The notes under the pieces: model-generated
The model's database searches: none
Told to the model about the DNA's origin: nothing
Seen by the model: only the letters and a program-made list of their open reading frames with translations
In this document: piece after piece, positions 9,677-17,366 of the stretch
Layout: every line of letters starts with the position of its first letter
Position numbering within the stretch: position 1 is the first letter of the stretch
Virus record (IMG/VR): IMGVR_UViG_3300047311_000323
Coordinates: 134,397-198,396 of that record
Source: a virus
DNA: 64,000 bases
Reading direction: 5' to 3' (one strand)
Made by a program: the position numbers and the translations under genes

Positions 9677-10414
9677 TCATTGATTTTGAGTCTTCGTGTA
9701 GAAGTAATTGTTTACAAAGGCAATGGACTCATGAGTTCCCGCATCAGACCATAGGCCACCAATTTTTGAATAAGACAAGTTGCCATCTGCTAGATAGTGG
9801 CGGATGATGTCAGTAATCTCATACTCACCACGGGCGCTTGGCTTCAACCTTTCGAAGTATTCGAAATACTGTGGCGTAAATAGATAACAGCCAGAGATAG
9901 CCAGATTCTTGTAGTTAGGATCCAGTTCTTTAGGTTTTTCCTCAATTTTTGCAATAGAGCCGTCCTCGTCAATAGAACAAACACCAAAACGCTTTAGTTC
10001 TCGGTGGTGGGATAATAGAATTTGCGCTCTTGGATTAGTCTTCCAATCTGGATTAGACCAGTGTGGCGTATTCTCAAAGATATTATCCCCAAGGATTACC
10101 GAGAAATCGGAGTCGTCATAGACGAATCTTTTGCACAAACTGATAGCGTGGGCGATGCCTTTAGGCTCGCTCTGATACACGTAGTTGAGATTCAGCCCAT
10201 ATCGGCTGCCATCTCCGAGATAACCCGCGACTTGAGCATAATGGTTGCCGCCCAAAATGACAGTTACGTCCTGGCAGCCCATATTCTTCAATGATTCGAT
10301 AGGGTAATCGATGATGAATTTTCCGTTGACACCCAGCAAATGCTTATTTACAACATGCGTTAGTGGCAACAATCGTGAGCCGGTTCCCCCGGCCAGGATG
10401 ATTCCGTTCTTCAT
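9677..10414 (-). CDS. rmlA: Glucose-1-phosphate thymidylyltransferase (RmlA-like)
   Basis: GIILAGGTGSRLLPLT, YVYQSEPKGIAHA, LGDNIF, SARGEYEITD, WSDAGT. Confidence 0.9.
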   Translation of the reverse strand: MKNGIILAGGTGSRLLPLTHVVNKHLLGVNGKFIIDYPIESLKNMGCQDVTVILGGNHYAQVAGYLGDGSRYGLNLNYVYQSEPKGIAHAISLCKRFVYDDSDFSVILGDNIFENTPHWSNPDWKTNPRAQILLSHHRELKRFGVCSIDEDGSIAKIEEKPKELDPNYKNLAISGCYLFTPQYFEYFERLKPSARGEYEITDIIRHYLADGNLSYSKIGGLWSDAGTHESIAFVNNYFYTKTQNQ

Positions 10415-10436
10415 AACAGATCATATAACACTTTAA

Positions 10437-10511
10437 TGGTATCCCCGGTTGGACTCGAACCAACATAAGCCGCCTTAGGAGTGCGGTGCCCATCCCTTGG
10501 ACCACGGGGAC
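10437..10511 (-). tRNA. tRNA-Arg(CCU)
   Basis: GTCCCCG/CGGGGAT acceptor stem, CT-CCT-AA loop, GTTCGAG T-loop, encoded CCA. Confidence 0.9.
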
Positions 10512-10520
10512 ATCTCCCTA

Positions 10521-11057
10521 TTATGTCTTTTTAGTAGGAGAAACGATCATGCTCATAATCTTACCCTCAAGGGAAACTTGGGGATTTGGAGCTACTTGAC
10601 CATCTAACCGCTTGAGAATCCACTCAAGCTTCTCTCTTCCAATATTCGCATGGACAATTTCACGACCACGGAAACGCACAGCAAACTTAACTCGATCACC
10701 ATCAGCCAAAAACTCTTTAGCTTGAGCTACTTTGTGATTCAAATCATTTTCATCAGTGTTGGGACGGAAGGTTAGTTCCTTGAGTTCTTGCACTTGCTGA
10801 CTCTTTTTGTTAGCTTGTGCTTTCTTCTTTTCCTCATACTTAAACTTACCATAATCCATAATCTTACAGACTGGTGGTAGGGCCTTTGGATTGATCTCTA
10901 CTAGATCAAGACCTTGATCTTGAGCCATCTTTTGGGCTTCAAAAGTATTCATGACACCAGCATTAGTGCCATCGGAAAGGACCACTCGAATCTGTGGGAC
11001 TCGAATGAATTTATTGATACGAACTCGATATTCACGCTGCTGATTATTTGTTTGCAT
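10521..11057 (-). CDS. infC: Translation initiation factor IF-3
   Basis: RINKFIRVPQIRVV, LDLVEINPKALPPVCKIMDYGKFKYE, GDRVKFAVRFRGRE; ATG at 11057. Confidence 0.95.
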   Translation of the reverse strand: MQTNNQQREYRVRINKFIRVPQIRVVLSDGTNAGVMNTFEAQKMAQDQGLDLVEINPKALPPVCKIMDYGKFKYEEKKKAQANKKSQQVQELKELTFRPNTDENDLNHKVAQAKEFLADGDRVKFAVRFRGREIVHANIGREKLEWILKRLDGQVAPNPQVSLEGKIMSMIVSPTKKT

Positions 11058-11466
11058 TCTCTTTTGTTTTCTCCTGTAATACTTCTTTTGCTGCTTCCAG
11101 CAAATCTTCCAGTCTGTTATTTGTGTAAAACTCGCCTGGAATCCCACGAGTATTGTAAACTTTGTACCCCATGCCTGTCAAGGTCTCGAAAACTTTTTCA
11201 TGGGTTGGGTTAATCATTGTTTTATCCAAGCCAACGCCGATGGCTAAAGCACAAAAATTCCCGTTCTCGTAATTGTAGCTATCTAGAACCATCTCGCCAG
11301 GATAATCAATTACCCTTTGGATTTGTTCGGCAGTCAATTGTCGTAGACCATTCTTAAGACCAACTTTACGTGGGTCATCAAAATACTCTGAATGCTTAGC
11401 CACTCTATCTTTCTCTGGCTTAGCTAAGTACTCGAATATCTTAGGATCAATTCTACTAGAACTCAT
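11044..11466 (-). CDS. Hypothetical protein
   Basis: 140-aa ORF. Confidence 0.75.
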   Translation of the reverse strand: MSSSRIDPKIFEYLAKPEKDRVAKHSEYFDDPRKVGLKNGLRQLTAEQIQRVIDYPGEMVLDSYNYENGNFCALAIGVGLDKTMINPTHEKVFETLTGMGYKVYNTRGIPGEFYTNNRLEDLLEAAKEVLQEKTKENANK

Positions 11467-11945
11467 TTGGTTTCCGTAGGCTTCATGAATGGACCTTCTA
11501 ATTTGGAAACGTCTATGCCGTACCGTTTAAGGCCCGACAAGTCTAGCTTCCAATCTATCTTGCTACGCTCCCGCCAAACTTTGAATGCTTCGGAAATTTT
11601 TGCTTGAGCTTCCTTCTTCTTGAAGCCATTAATCTTCATGAAGTGTTTGAGGGCTTGCTCTTCTTTGCCTTGTACTCTGGCAAATCCAAAATGTTTGACC
11701 ATGTGGCAATCAGGGCACAACGCAATCATGCCAGCCAAATGTTGGATGGCAGTCCGCTCATTGTATTCCCAAATCTCATGACATTCTACTGGATGTGCTG
11801 GACCTTCCCCGCCACATATCTGGCAGACATTATAGGCCCGGTCTGCAACCATACCTCGTAAAGCATTCCATTGCTTTGCAGTTAGTACAGCTCGAACGTT
11901 ATTCATCCACGAGGTCCGAGGGACCAATTCAATAGTTAATTTCAT
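11463..11945 (-). CDS. HNH-family nuclease-like protein
   Basis: CQICG...ECHEIWEY...LCPDCHMVKH. Confidence 0.75.
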   Translation of the reverse strand: MKLTIELVPRTSWMNNVRAVLTAKQWNALRGMVADRAYNVCQICGGEGPAHPVECHEIWEYNERTAIQHLAGMIALCPDCHMVKHFGFARVQGKEEQALKHFMKINGFKKKEAQAKISEAFKVWRERSKIDWKLDLSGLKRYGIDVSKLEGPFMKPTETK

Positions 11946-12208
11946 CGACGCCTGAATAGTAATTTCTCTGCTCTTTCTTCGCCTAGCTTTTCCTTTAGCA
12001 CAATTTCGGCTCGTTGTAGGAAAGCCTCTCTACGGGTTAGTTTATCTTTACCCCAGTAGGAAATAGATAGAGCACCAATAATGCTGGTAGGAGATAAAGC
12101 ATCCAAATCAGCATGATCAAACCACAAATCTACAAATGCAAAATCACCATCACTAAGATGTTCTTCCAGAAGGGCTATTACACCTTCTACCTGCGCTTGG
12201 TCATTCAT
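11942..12208 (-). CDS. Hypothetical protein
   Basis: 88-aa ORF with ATGA overlaps. Confidence 0.7.
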   Translation of the reverse strand: MNDQAQVEGVIALLEEHLSDGDFAFVDLWFDHADLDALSPTSIIGALSISYWGKDKLTRREAFLQRAEIVLKEKLGEERAEKLLFRRR

Positions 12209-12387
12209 TCAGATTTGCTCAATCGGTAAATAAGCGAAAACATTTCGTTTTGCAAGGATTCAGTAGAAACAGGGGTACCATCATCGTTAGCCAATTTGGT
12301 CATACCGGTTTTGTGCCTGTTATCTAATTCTGCACGAATTTCTCGTACACGAGTCGTCATTTCTGTTCTAGTCATAAACTGGGTCAT
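12205..12387 (-). CDS. Hypothetical protein
   Basis: 60-aa ORF with TGATATATA 6 nt upstream of the ATG. Confidence 0.7.
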   Translation of the reverse strand: MTQFMTRTEMTTRVREIRAELDNRHKTGMTKLANDDGTPVSTESLQNEMFSLIYRLSKSE

Positions 12388-12417
12388 ACTGACTATATAT
12401 CATTTTAGTAGTTTTAG

Positions 12418-12491
12418 TGCGCCGTGTGGGATTTGAACCCACGACCGTTCGTTTTAGAGGCGACCGCTCTGCCAGGCTGAGCTAACGGCGC
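12418..12491 (-). tRNA. Amber-suppressor-type tRNA, anticodon CUA (copy 1; G1-C72, A73, no encoded CCA)
   Basis: GCGCCGT/ACGGCGC acceptor stem, GCTC/GAGC D-stem, loop CT-CTA-AA, GTTCAAAT T-loop. The anticodon stem has only 3 Watson-Crick pairs. Confidence 0.85.
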
Positions 12492-12501
12492 ATTGAGTGC
12501 A

Positions 12502-12651
12502 TTACTGCTTATTTGCTGAGTCTACTTGTATTACAGCTTTAGTAGCAGTTTCGCGCCCGTTCTTTTCGCGCCATTCATCAAGAAGGCGCCAGCTCACTCC
12601 TAAGATTGTACCACCCACCAACGACAATAACATAAATTCAACTAGCCACAT
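12502..12651 (-). CDS. Small membrane protein (49 aa)
   Basis: GAGGT SD, hydrophobic N-terminus MWLVEFMLLSLVGGTILGVSW; hand-translated. Confidence 0.6.
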   Translation of the reverse strand: MWLVEFMLLSLVGGTILGVSWRLLDEWREKNGRETATKAVIQVDSANKQ

Positions 12652-12658
12652 GATTACC

Positions 12659-13669
12659 TCAACTTAATGCCATCATCCTATCAATGGATATTCTGGCTTG
12701 GTTCATTAATTCTTCTGACATATTGATCTGCGGTGTCAGGTCTCTCAAAGAGAGATATACCTTCTCCAAGGTATTCTTCTTCATGAACGGACACTCGTTG
12801 CACGCACAACTTGCTTCAGGCGGTGCAGGAATGAAAATCTTATCTGGAGCGGCCTTCTGCATTTGATGCAAAATACCTGCTTCTGTTGCTACAATGAATT
12901 CTTTGTTTGGACTGCTGACAGCATATTTGAGAATGCCAGTCGTCGATCCAATGAAGTCTGCCATCTTCAAGATAGGTTCTTCACATTCGGGGTGAGCCAA
13001 AACTAGTGCATTAGGATTACGAGTCTTGATACCAATCAGTTTGCGCTCACTGAATGTCTCATGAACGATGCAGGCTCCTTGCCACATGATCATAGGGATG
13101 CCAGTTTTCTTCATGATATAGTTGCCAAGATTTCTATCTGGAGCAAAGAGAATCTCCTTGCCAGACTTGGCAGCTTCACGAACAATCTTTTCTGCATTGG
13201 ATGACGTACAAATGTAATCTGACAATGCTTTGACTTCAGCCGAACAGTTGATGTAACTGACTACCACTGAATTGGGGTGCATGCTCTTCCAAGCGGCGAA
13301 TTTATCAGCAGGGCAACCATCTGCCAGAGAACAACCAGCTTCCAAGTCAGGAAGGACTACAGTTTTCTGAGGGGAGAGGATCTTGGCTGTCTCAGCCATA
13401 AAGTGCACGCCAGCAAAACAGATAACATCAGCATTAGTCTTTGCAGCTTCTTGGGAGAGTTGTAAGGAATCTCCGATGAAGTCAGCAACATCTTGAATTT
13501 CAGAATCCTGATAGTAGTGGGCCAAGATAACGGCATTGCGTTCTTTTTTGAGGAAAGCAATTCTCTCTTCAATGTCGAAGATCGATAGTCCGTCATACGT
13601 GCCATCAGCCTGGGCCTTACGTTTCGCTTCTTTGAATTCACTTGCTGAGAAAATAGGTAGTTTATTCAT
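12659..13669 (-). CDS. nadA: Quinolinate synthase A
   Basis: [54 protein letters not shown]. Confidence 0.97.
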   Translation of the reverse strand: MNKLPIFSASEFKEAKRKAQADGTYDGLSIFDIEERIAFLKKERNAVILAHYYQDSEIQDVADFIGDSLQLSQEAAKTNADVICFAGVHFMAETAKILSPQKTVVLPDLEAGCSLADGCPADKFAAWKSMHPNSVVVSYINCSAEVKALSDYICTSSNAEKIVREAAKSGKEILFAPDRNLGNYIMKKTGIPMIMWQGACIVHETFSERKLIGIKTRNPNALVLAHPECEEPILKMADFIGSTTGILKYAVSSPNKEFIVATEAGILHQMQKAAPDKIFIPAPPEASCACNECPFMKKNTLEKVYLSLRDLTPQINMSEELMNQARISIDRMMALS

Positions 13670-13835
13670 TGTACTTTTCCAAAAAGTGTTGCACAGCCAA
13701 ACTCAAATCATCTTCTGATTTGTTGTAGTTTTCGTTGGATACATGTGCGCCATCACTCCAGGCAGCGTAAAGATACCCAGCATCATATGCCTGCTTAATG
13801 AGTTTCTCGAAATCTTCTTTAAAATCTTGTTTCAT
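13662..13835 (-). CDS. Hypothetical protein (57 aa)
   Basis: Hand-translated; the ATG directly follows the tRNA CCA and the stop overlaps the nadA start. Confidence 0.55.
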   Translation of the reverse strand: MKQDFKEDFEKLIKQAYDAGYLYAAWSDGAHVSNENYNKSEDDLSLAVQHFLEKYNE

Positions 13836-13909
13836 TGGCTCCCGCAGAGGGGCTCGAACCCCCTTCTTCCGTTTTAGAGACGGCGCTCTACCAGTTGAGC
13901 TATGCGAGA
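13836..13909 (-). tRNA. Amber-suppressor-type tRNA, anticodon CUA (copy 2; U1-A72, G73, CCA encoded)
   Basis: TCTCGCA/TGCGGGA acceptor stem, CCGT/ACGG 4-bp anticodon stem around CT-CTA-AA, GTTCGAG T-loop. Confidence 0.85.
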
Positions 13910-13913
13910 ATAG

Positions 13914-14034
13914 GGCCCCAGGGTTGGATTCGCACCACCCTCCGTTCGGTTAAATACCGACTGCTCCTTCATAACCTTACTTTCTTTCCCACCACGTTCG
14001 TGGGCGCTTTCGGGTTTTACTGAGCTACCGGGGC
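13914..14034 (-). ncRNA. tRNA-Lys(UUU)-like gene with a 55-nt D-loop and atypical anticodon and T loops
   Basis: GCCCCGG/CTGGGGC acceptor stem, GCTC/GAGC D-stem enclosing 55 nt, TCGG/CCGA stem around TATTTAA, T-loop TGCGAAT. Confidence 0.65.
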
Positions 14035-14041
14035 ATATCTG

Positions 14042-14365
14042 TTATTCTAAGGTTGAAATAATGTCGGCAGGCCCTTTATATTTTGGATTCCATCGATATT
14101 TACCAACGGCTTCCTTATTATCATTTGGAGATTCGTACTCTAATGCTCCGATAGCAACCAAAGAGTTCAAAAGCGCAAACAATGTATCACCCAATGGATT
14201 TGGTTCTCGTATGGTGCTTTTGGCACCATGCCAAGTATCATGATCAAAAGGTGCGCCATACTCCGGCCAAAACCCCAAAGTTGCTCCTAGTTCATAGGCG
14301 GCTGCATCCCAATAGACCCAGCCAGCTAAGCGTTCTTGAAGTGATGCAATACTAGTCTTTTTCAT
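14042..14365 (-). CDS. Hypothetical protein
   Basis: 107-aa ORF. Confidence 0.7.
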   Translation of the reverse strand: MKKTSIASLQERLAGWVYWDAAAYELGATLGFWPEYGAPFDHDTWHGAKSTIREPNPLGDTLFALLNSLVAIGALEYESPNDNKEAVGKYRWNPKYKGPADIISTLE

Positions 14366-14523
14366 AGGTCACACGCACATGATTTGTTACAATTTGCACA
14401 CTCAGAAACGAAGCACTCTTCACAGAAGTCTTCCGACTCACAAGTGTGATCTGGGCAGAAAAGCGATGGTGAATCGCAGCATGCTCCAGAACATGGGCAC
14501 AAATCATTATCCTTCTTGCTCAT
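14362..14523 (-). CDS. Cys-rich mini-protein (53 aa, 12 Cys)
   Basis: Hand-translated; GAGGA SD, ATGA overlap with the next gene. Confidence 0.7.
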   Translation of the reverse strand: MSKKDNDLCPCSGACCDSPSLFCPDHTCESEDFCEECFVSECANCNKSCACDL

Positions 14524-14746
14524 CGTCGTCTTCCTCGGCCCCTCTTTTCATAAGGGCATTCAATTCTTCACGTGGAATATCGGGCCAATTATCAGGTCTT
14601 CCATCTTTAGGAAGTGGGAAAATAGCTCCAGCCTCTTTATCATGGAAAATGCAAAGCAATCCTGCTTTACCTTCATGAACATAAACGCCAGTGGGCATAC
14701 CACAAAAACATTCAGGCCCACGCTCTTTATCAATCCATTGACTCAT
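14507..14746 (-). CDS. Hypothetical protein
   Basis: 79-aa ORF with a GAGGT SD. Confidence 0.7.
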   Translation of the reverse strand: MSQWIDKERGPECFCGMPTGVYVHEGKAGLLCIFHDKEAGAIFPLPKDGRPDNWPDIPREELNALMKRGAEEDDDEQEG

Positions 14747-15093
14747 TTTCCACCTCTCAAAGCTAGGGGCAATCGGCTACAAAGCTTTTTAGACTTAGGA
14801 CCGGGAGCCAAAGCAATCGCCGTAATCTGATTATCAATATCAGGCTCTCTGAATACAGAAAAACTAATATCATGGAACGTAGCCTGTTTCGCTAAGTCCA
14901 TCAGTTCCTGCTCATCAGTCACTGACAACAATCCAAGGTAATTGGATTGCTCAAACCACAACTTATCAATCTCCGGATGATCTGCCGTAAACTGACGCAA
15001 AGCATGCATGCTTTGAACTGCTTGATATCCTGGTTCCAAATCTGCACGAGTAATAACATAAAGCTTGTCGCCTTCTTTAACCTATAGACACAT
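14743..15093 (-). CDS. Pth2 (peptidyl-tRNA hydrolase II)-like protein with an in-frame TAG at codon 4
   Basis: GGAGA-5nt-ATG TGT CTA TAG GTT AAA GAA GGC GAC AAG CTT TAT GTT. KLYVITRADL..GYQAVQSMHA and FREPDIDNQITAIAL...LPLAL fit the PTH2 pattern. Confidence 0.75.
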
Positions 15094-15673
15094 GATTATC
15101 TCCAAATAGTTTGCGGCAAATTGCTTTACCGCGCTTGTTAATTTGACTCCACTTAATCTTGAATGATTCAGATTCAATGCCGCCAAACATCTTTGCATTG
15201 CTATGCACCTCAGCTAGCCCGGCCAACAACAATGTCGTTGCCTCTCGGTGCTGACAAAACTCATCTACGTCTACTGCCTTCATGGTATGAATCTTCATAT
15301 CATGCAGAATGAGTTTAGCAATAGTCTTATTAGAACTAATCCTCAGCCATGTCTGATAAGACATCCAAGGATGGTTAGGGAAATGTCTACGACCCCGTTC
15401 ATCAACAGTTAGACAGTAGGGCTTGCCGCAATCATGAAAGACTGCGTAACCCGCAATAATATCGTCTGGAAGCAAGGAGGCTAACAACTGCTCTCGATAC
15501 TCACTCATCCAGTCGGGTAATCTCCAACCTTCGCCTATCTGGCCGGTTTTCAAAAATGAAATCAATTCAAAAATGTGCTCTTTAACAGAGACGCCGTGTT
15601 GGTACACGGATTGGCTATCCGTTTGGGGACAGCTTTGCATATCAGAAATTAAACGATTCTATAGGTAACTCAT
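15077..15673 (-). CDS. HD-domain phosphohydrolase with an in-frame TAG at codon 5
   Basis: ATG AGT TAC CTA TAG AAT CGT... runs in frame into MQSCPQ; SVYQHG, FHDCGKPYC, HFPNH motifs. Confidence 0.75.
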
Positions 15674-15691
15674 AGTGCTTTATATATCCAG

Positions 15692-16183
15692 TTATTGATT
15701 GATTATTTCTTCTAACAAAACTCTAGAATTCATTAACTCTAGTGGTTTGTGCGTATCTAGTTCCCAAGTTACATGGTGACGTGTGCCGCCCATATAACGC
15801 TCAAAATGTAGCATTGTCGTGCCATTACCCTTATCCTTTTTTAGAACAGGGACAACAGTAGCAATCAGCTCACCTTCTGTAACTTTATATCCCACTTTGA
15901 TATGTGGCAGTGGTTTGATTTCACAATAACCAAGCACACAATGAGCGCCTTCAATTAGAATAGACCAAGTCTCTAACCACCATGGACTTGGAGGATTAGC
16001 ATTGGGCCCAGTGAAGTTCTCAATATGAACTACCTCACCATCCTCAATAGCCTGAATCTCTTGGCCGAAGCCACAATAGATGTCTACGCCTGGGTGGTAG
16101 TAGAAGGAACGTTTGAAAGCAAAATCGCCCACTGCTCCCTCTTCGGGAATAGCGGGCGTTTTATCTCTAAGTGGCCATTTCAT
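15692..16183 (-). CDS. M23-family peptidase (peptidoglycan hydrolase-like)
   Basis: HPGVDIY (HxxxD), IQAIEDGEV, MLHFE. Confidence 0.8.
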   Translation of the reverse strand: MKWPLRDKTPAIPEEGAVGDFAFKRSFYYHPGVDIYCGFGQEIQAIEDGEVVHIENFTGPNANPPSPWWLETWSILIEGAHCVLGYCEIKPLPHIKVGYKVTEGELIATVVPVLKKDKGNGTTMLHFERYMGGTRHHVTWELDTHKPLELMNSRVLLEEIINQ

Positions 16184-16703
16184 GTTTTGCTACTGCTTTA
16201 CAAAATTCTATTAGTTGTATGTCAGAAAATGATTGACGAGCCAGGTTTGCCATTACAGATATGAAACGCACATTTCCCTGCATATAACCTTTTGAGTTAT
16301 CGATTCTGTCAATGCTCGCGTTGTACGGACTATACTCTTTCCAGCCATCTGAATCGTACGGAAGGATTAAGTCTAATCCGGTAAATGGACACTTGCCATT
16401 TTGTGATTCCCATAAAACCTTTAGATGTTCAATGGTCAAATCACATCCATAGTTTTTATTGCGATCTCTATACTCGGCACGCAACACGAACCATCTAAAT
16501 GGTGTAAACTCATCTCTTCGATTATCAGAGCGAAGATTTTCAGGATTACCTTTTCTAGGATTATCCTCGTTGTTTTTAATCGCTGCACAAGTTCGGGTAC
16601 AGAAAAATTCTGTCCTGTTGCGCTTGATTTGTCGATTATATTCTCGAAGGTCTTTGGCAAAAGAATTGCCACAGCTACCACACTTTATTTTAATCGTCTT
16701 CAT
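16167..16703 (-). CDS. Putative homing endonuclease (N-terminal Zn-finger, C-terminal beta-beta-alpha-Me nuclease)
   Basis: CGSCGNSF..FCTRTC; KCPFTG..SIDRIDNSKGYMQGNVRFIS. Confidence 0.7.
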   Translation of the reverse strand: MKTIKIKCGSCGNSFAKDLREYNRQIKRNRTEFFCTRTCAAIKNNEDNPRKGNPENLRSDNRRDEFTPFRWFVLRAEYRDRNKNYGCDLTIEHLKVLWESQNGKCPFTGLDLILPYDSDGWKEYSPYNASIDRIDNSKGYMQGNVRFISVMANLARQSFSDIQLIEFCKAVAKHEMAT

Positions 16704-16746
16704 ACAATCACATATAACACGTAGTGTGGAGGTGTTCGGTAATTAT

Positions 16747-17098
16747 TGGTGGAGATGCAGGGTACTGCCCCCTGGTCCGCGATATGCCCTTATCAAAACT
16801 CATTCACAAACTTAGTTGATATTAGCGTCATCAACAACGCTGCAAGAATTTGCTCCGGCTGGCTATCTACTGTTAATCTTGTTGTTGAACATCGTAGCCC
16901 TGTTCATCAACCAGCTTTGTGGGTTGGCGTTCCTTTGATTACTCAAGCAGTCTTATCTGGGAACGAATGGTGCCGTTAGGCGGCCATTGCAAATGCATTA
17001 TCGTTTGCATTTATACGTCAATTGCTTTTAGAGGGGCAATCATCCTCTGTTTGCGTCATTCTGATAACTCGTTACCACGTCGAATCTATGTCATCCCC
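16747..17098 (-). ncRNA. ssrA: tmRNA (one-piece), tag peptide ANDNAFAMAA
   Basis: GGGGATG/CATCTCC-ACCA acceptor stem with G3-U70, GATTCGAC 5' motif, tag ORF 17008-16976 ending in TAA. Confidence 0.95.
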
Positions 17099-17105
17099 AT
17101 AAATG

Positions 17106-17127
17106 AAAAATCCCACGAGGTGTGGGA
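17106..17127 (-). terminator. Intrinsic-terminator-like hairpin between the tRNA-Thr array and tmRNA
   Basis: TCCCAC-ACCTC-GTGGGA followed by TTTTT. Confidence 0.6.
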
Positions 17128-17201
17128 TGGAGCTAATGATGAGAATCGAACTCATGTAGCTGCGTTACGAGTGCAGCGTAATACCACTATACTACATTAG
17201 C
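17128..17201 (-). tRNA. tRNA-Thr(CGU)
   Basis: Cloverleaf, CT-CGT-AA, CCA. Confidence 0.9.
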
Positions 17202-17204
17202 GTG

Positions 17205-17279
17205 TGGAGCTGATTGTGGGAATTGAACCCTCATTTCCGCGTTACTAGGGCGGAGTAATAGCCGTTATACTAAATCAGC
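17205..17279 (-). tRNA. tRNA-Thr(AGU)
   Basis: Cloverleaf, CT-AGT-AA, CCA. Confidence 0.88.
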
Positions 17280-17282
17280 TTA

Positions 17283-17357
17283 TGGAGCCCAAGTCGAGAG
17301 TCGAACTCGATTTTCGTCTTTACCAAAGACGGGTAATAACCGTTATACTACGTGGGC
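17283..17357 (-). tRNA. tRNA-Thr(GGU)
   Basis: Cloverleaf, TT-GGT-AA, CCA. Confidence 0.9.
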
Positions 17358-17366
17358 TTATCGGTT

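Noticed and set aside
12418-13909. Pyrrolysine tRNA or Pyl system
   Set aside because: Neither CUA tRNA has the 6-bp anticodon stem or tiny D-loop of tRNA-Pyl, and no pylS/B/C/D gene is in the window.
13974-14028. Hammerhead ribozyme or group I intron in the D-loop insert
   Set aside because: No CUGAnGA core, and far too short for a group I intron; it has only a GAAA and a hairpin.
13914-14034. Ochre (UUA) suppressor reading of the D-loop-expanded tRNA
   Set aside because: Shifting the loop to place UUA at 34-36 breaks the TCGG/CCGA stem; the stem register gives UUU.
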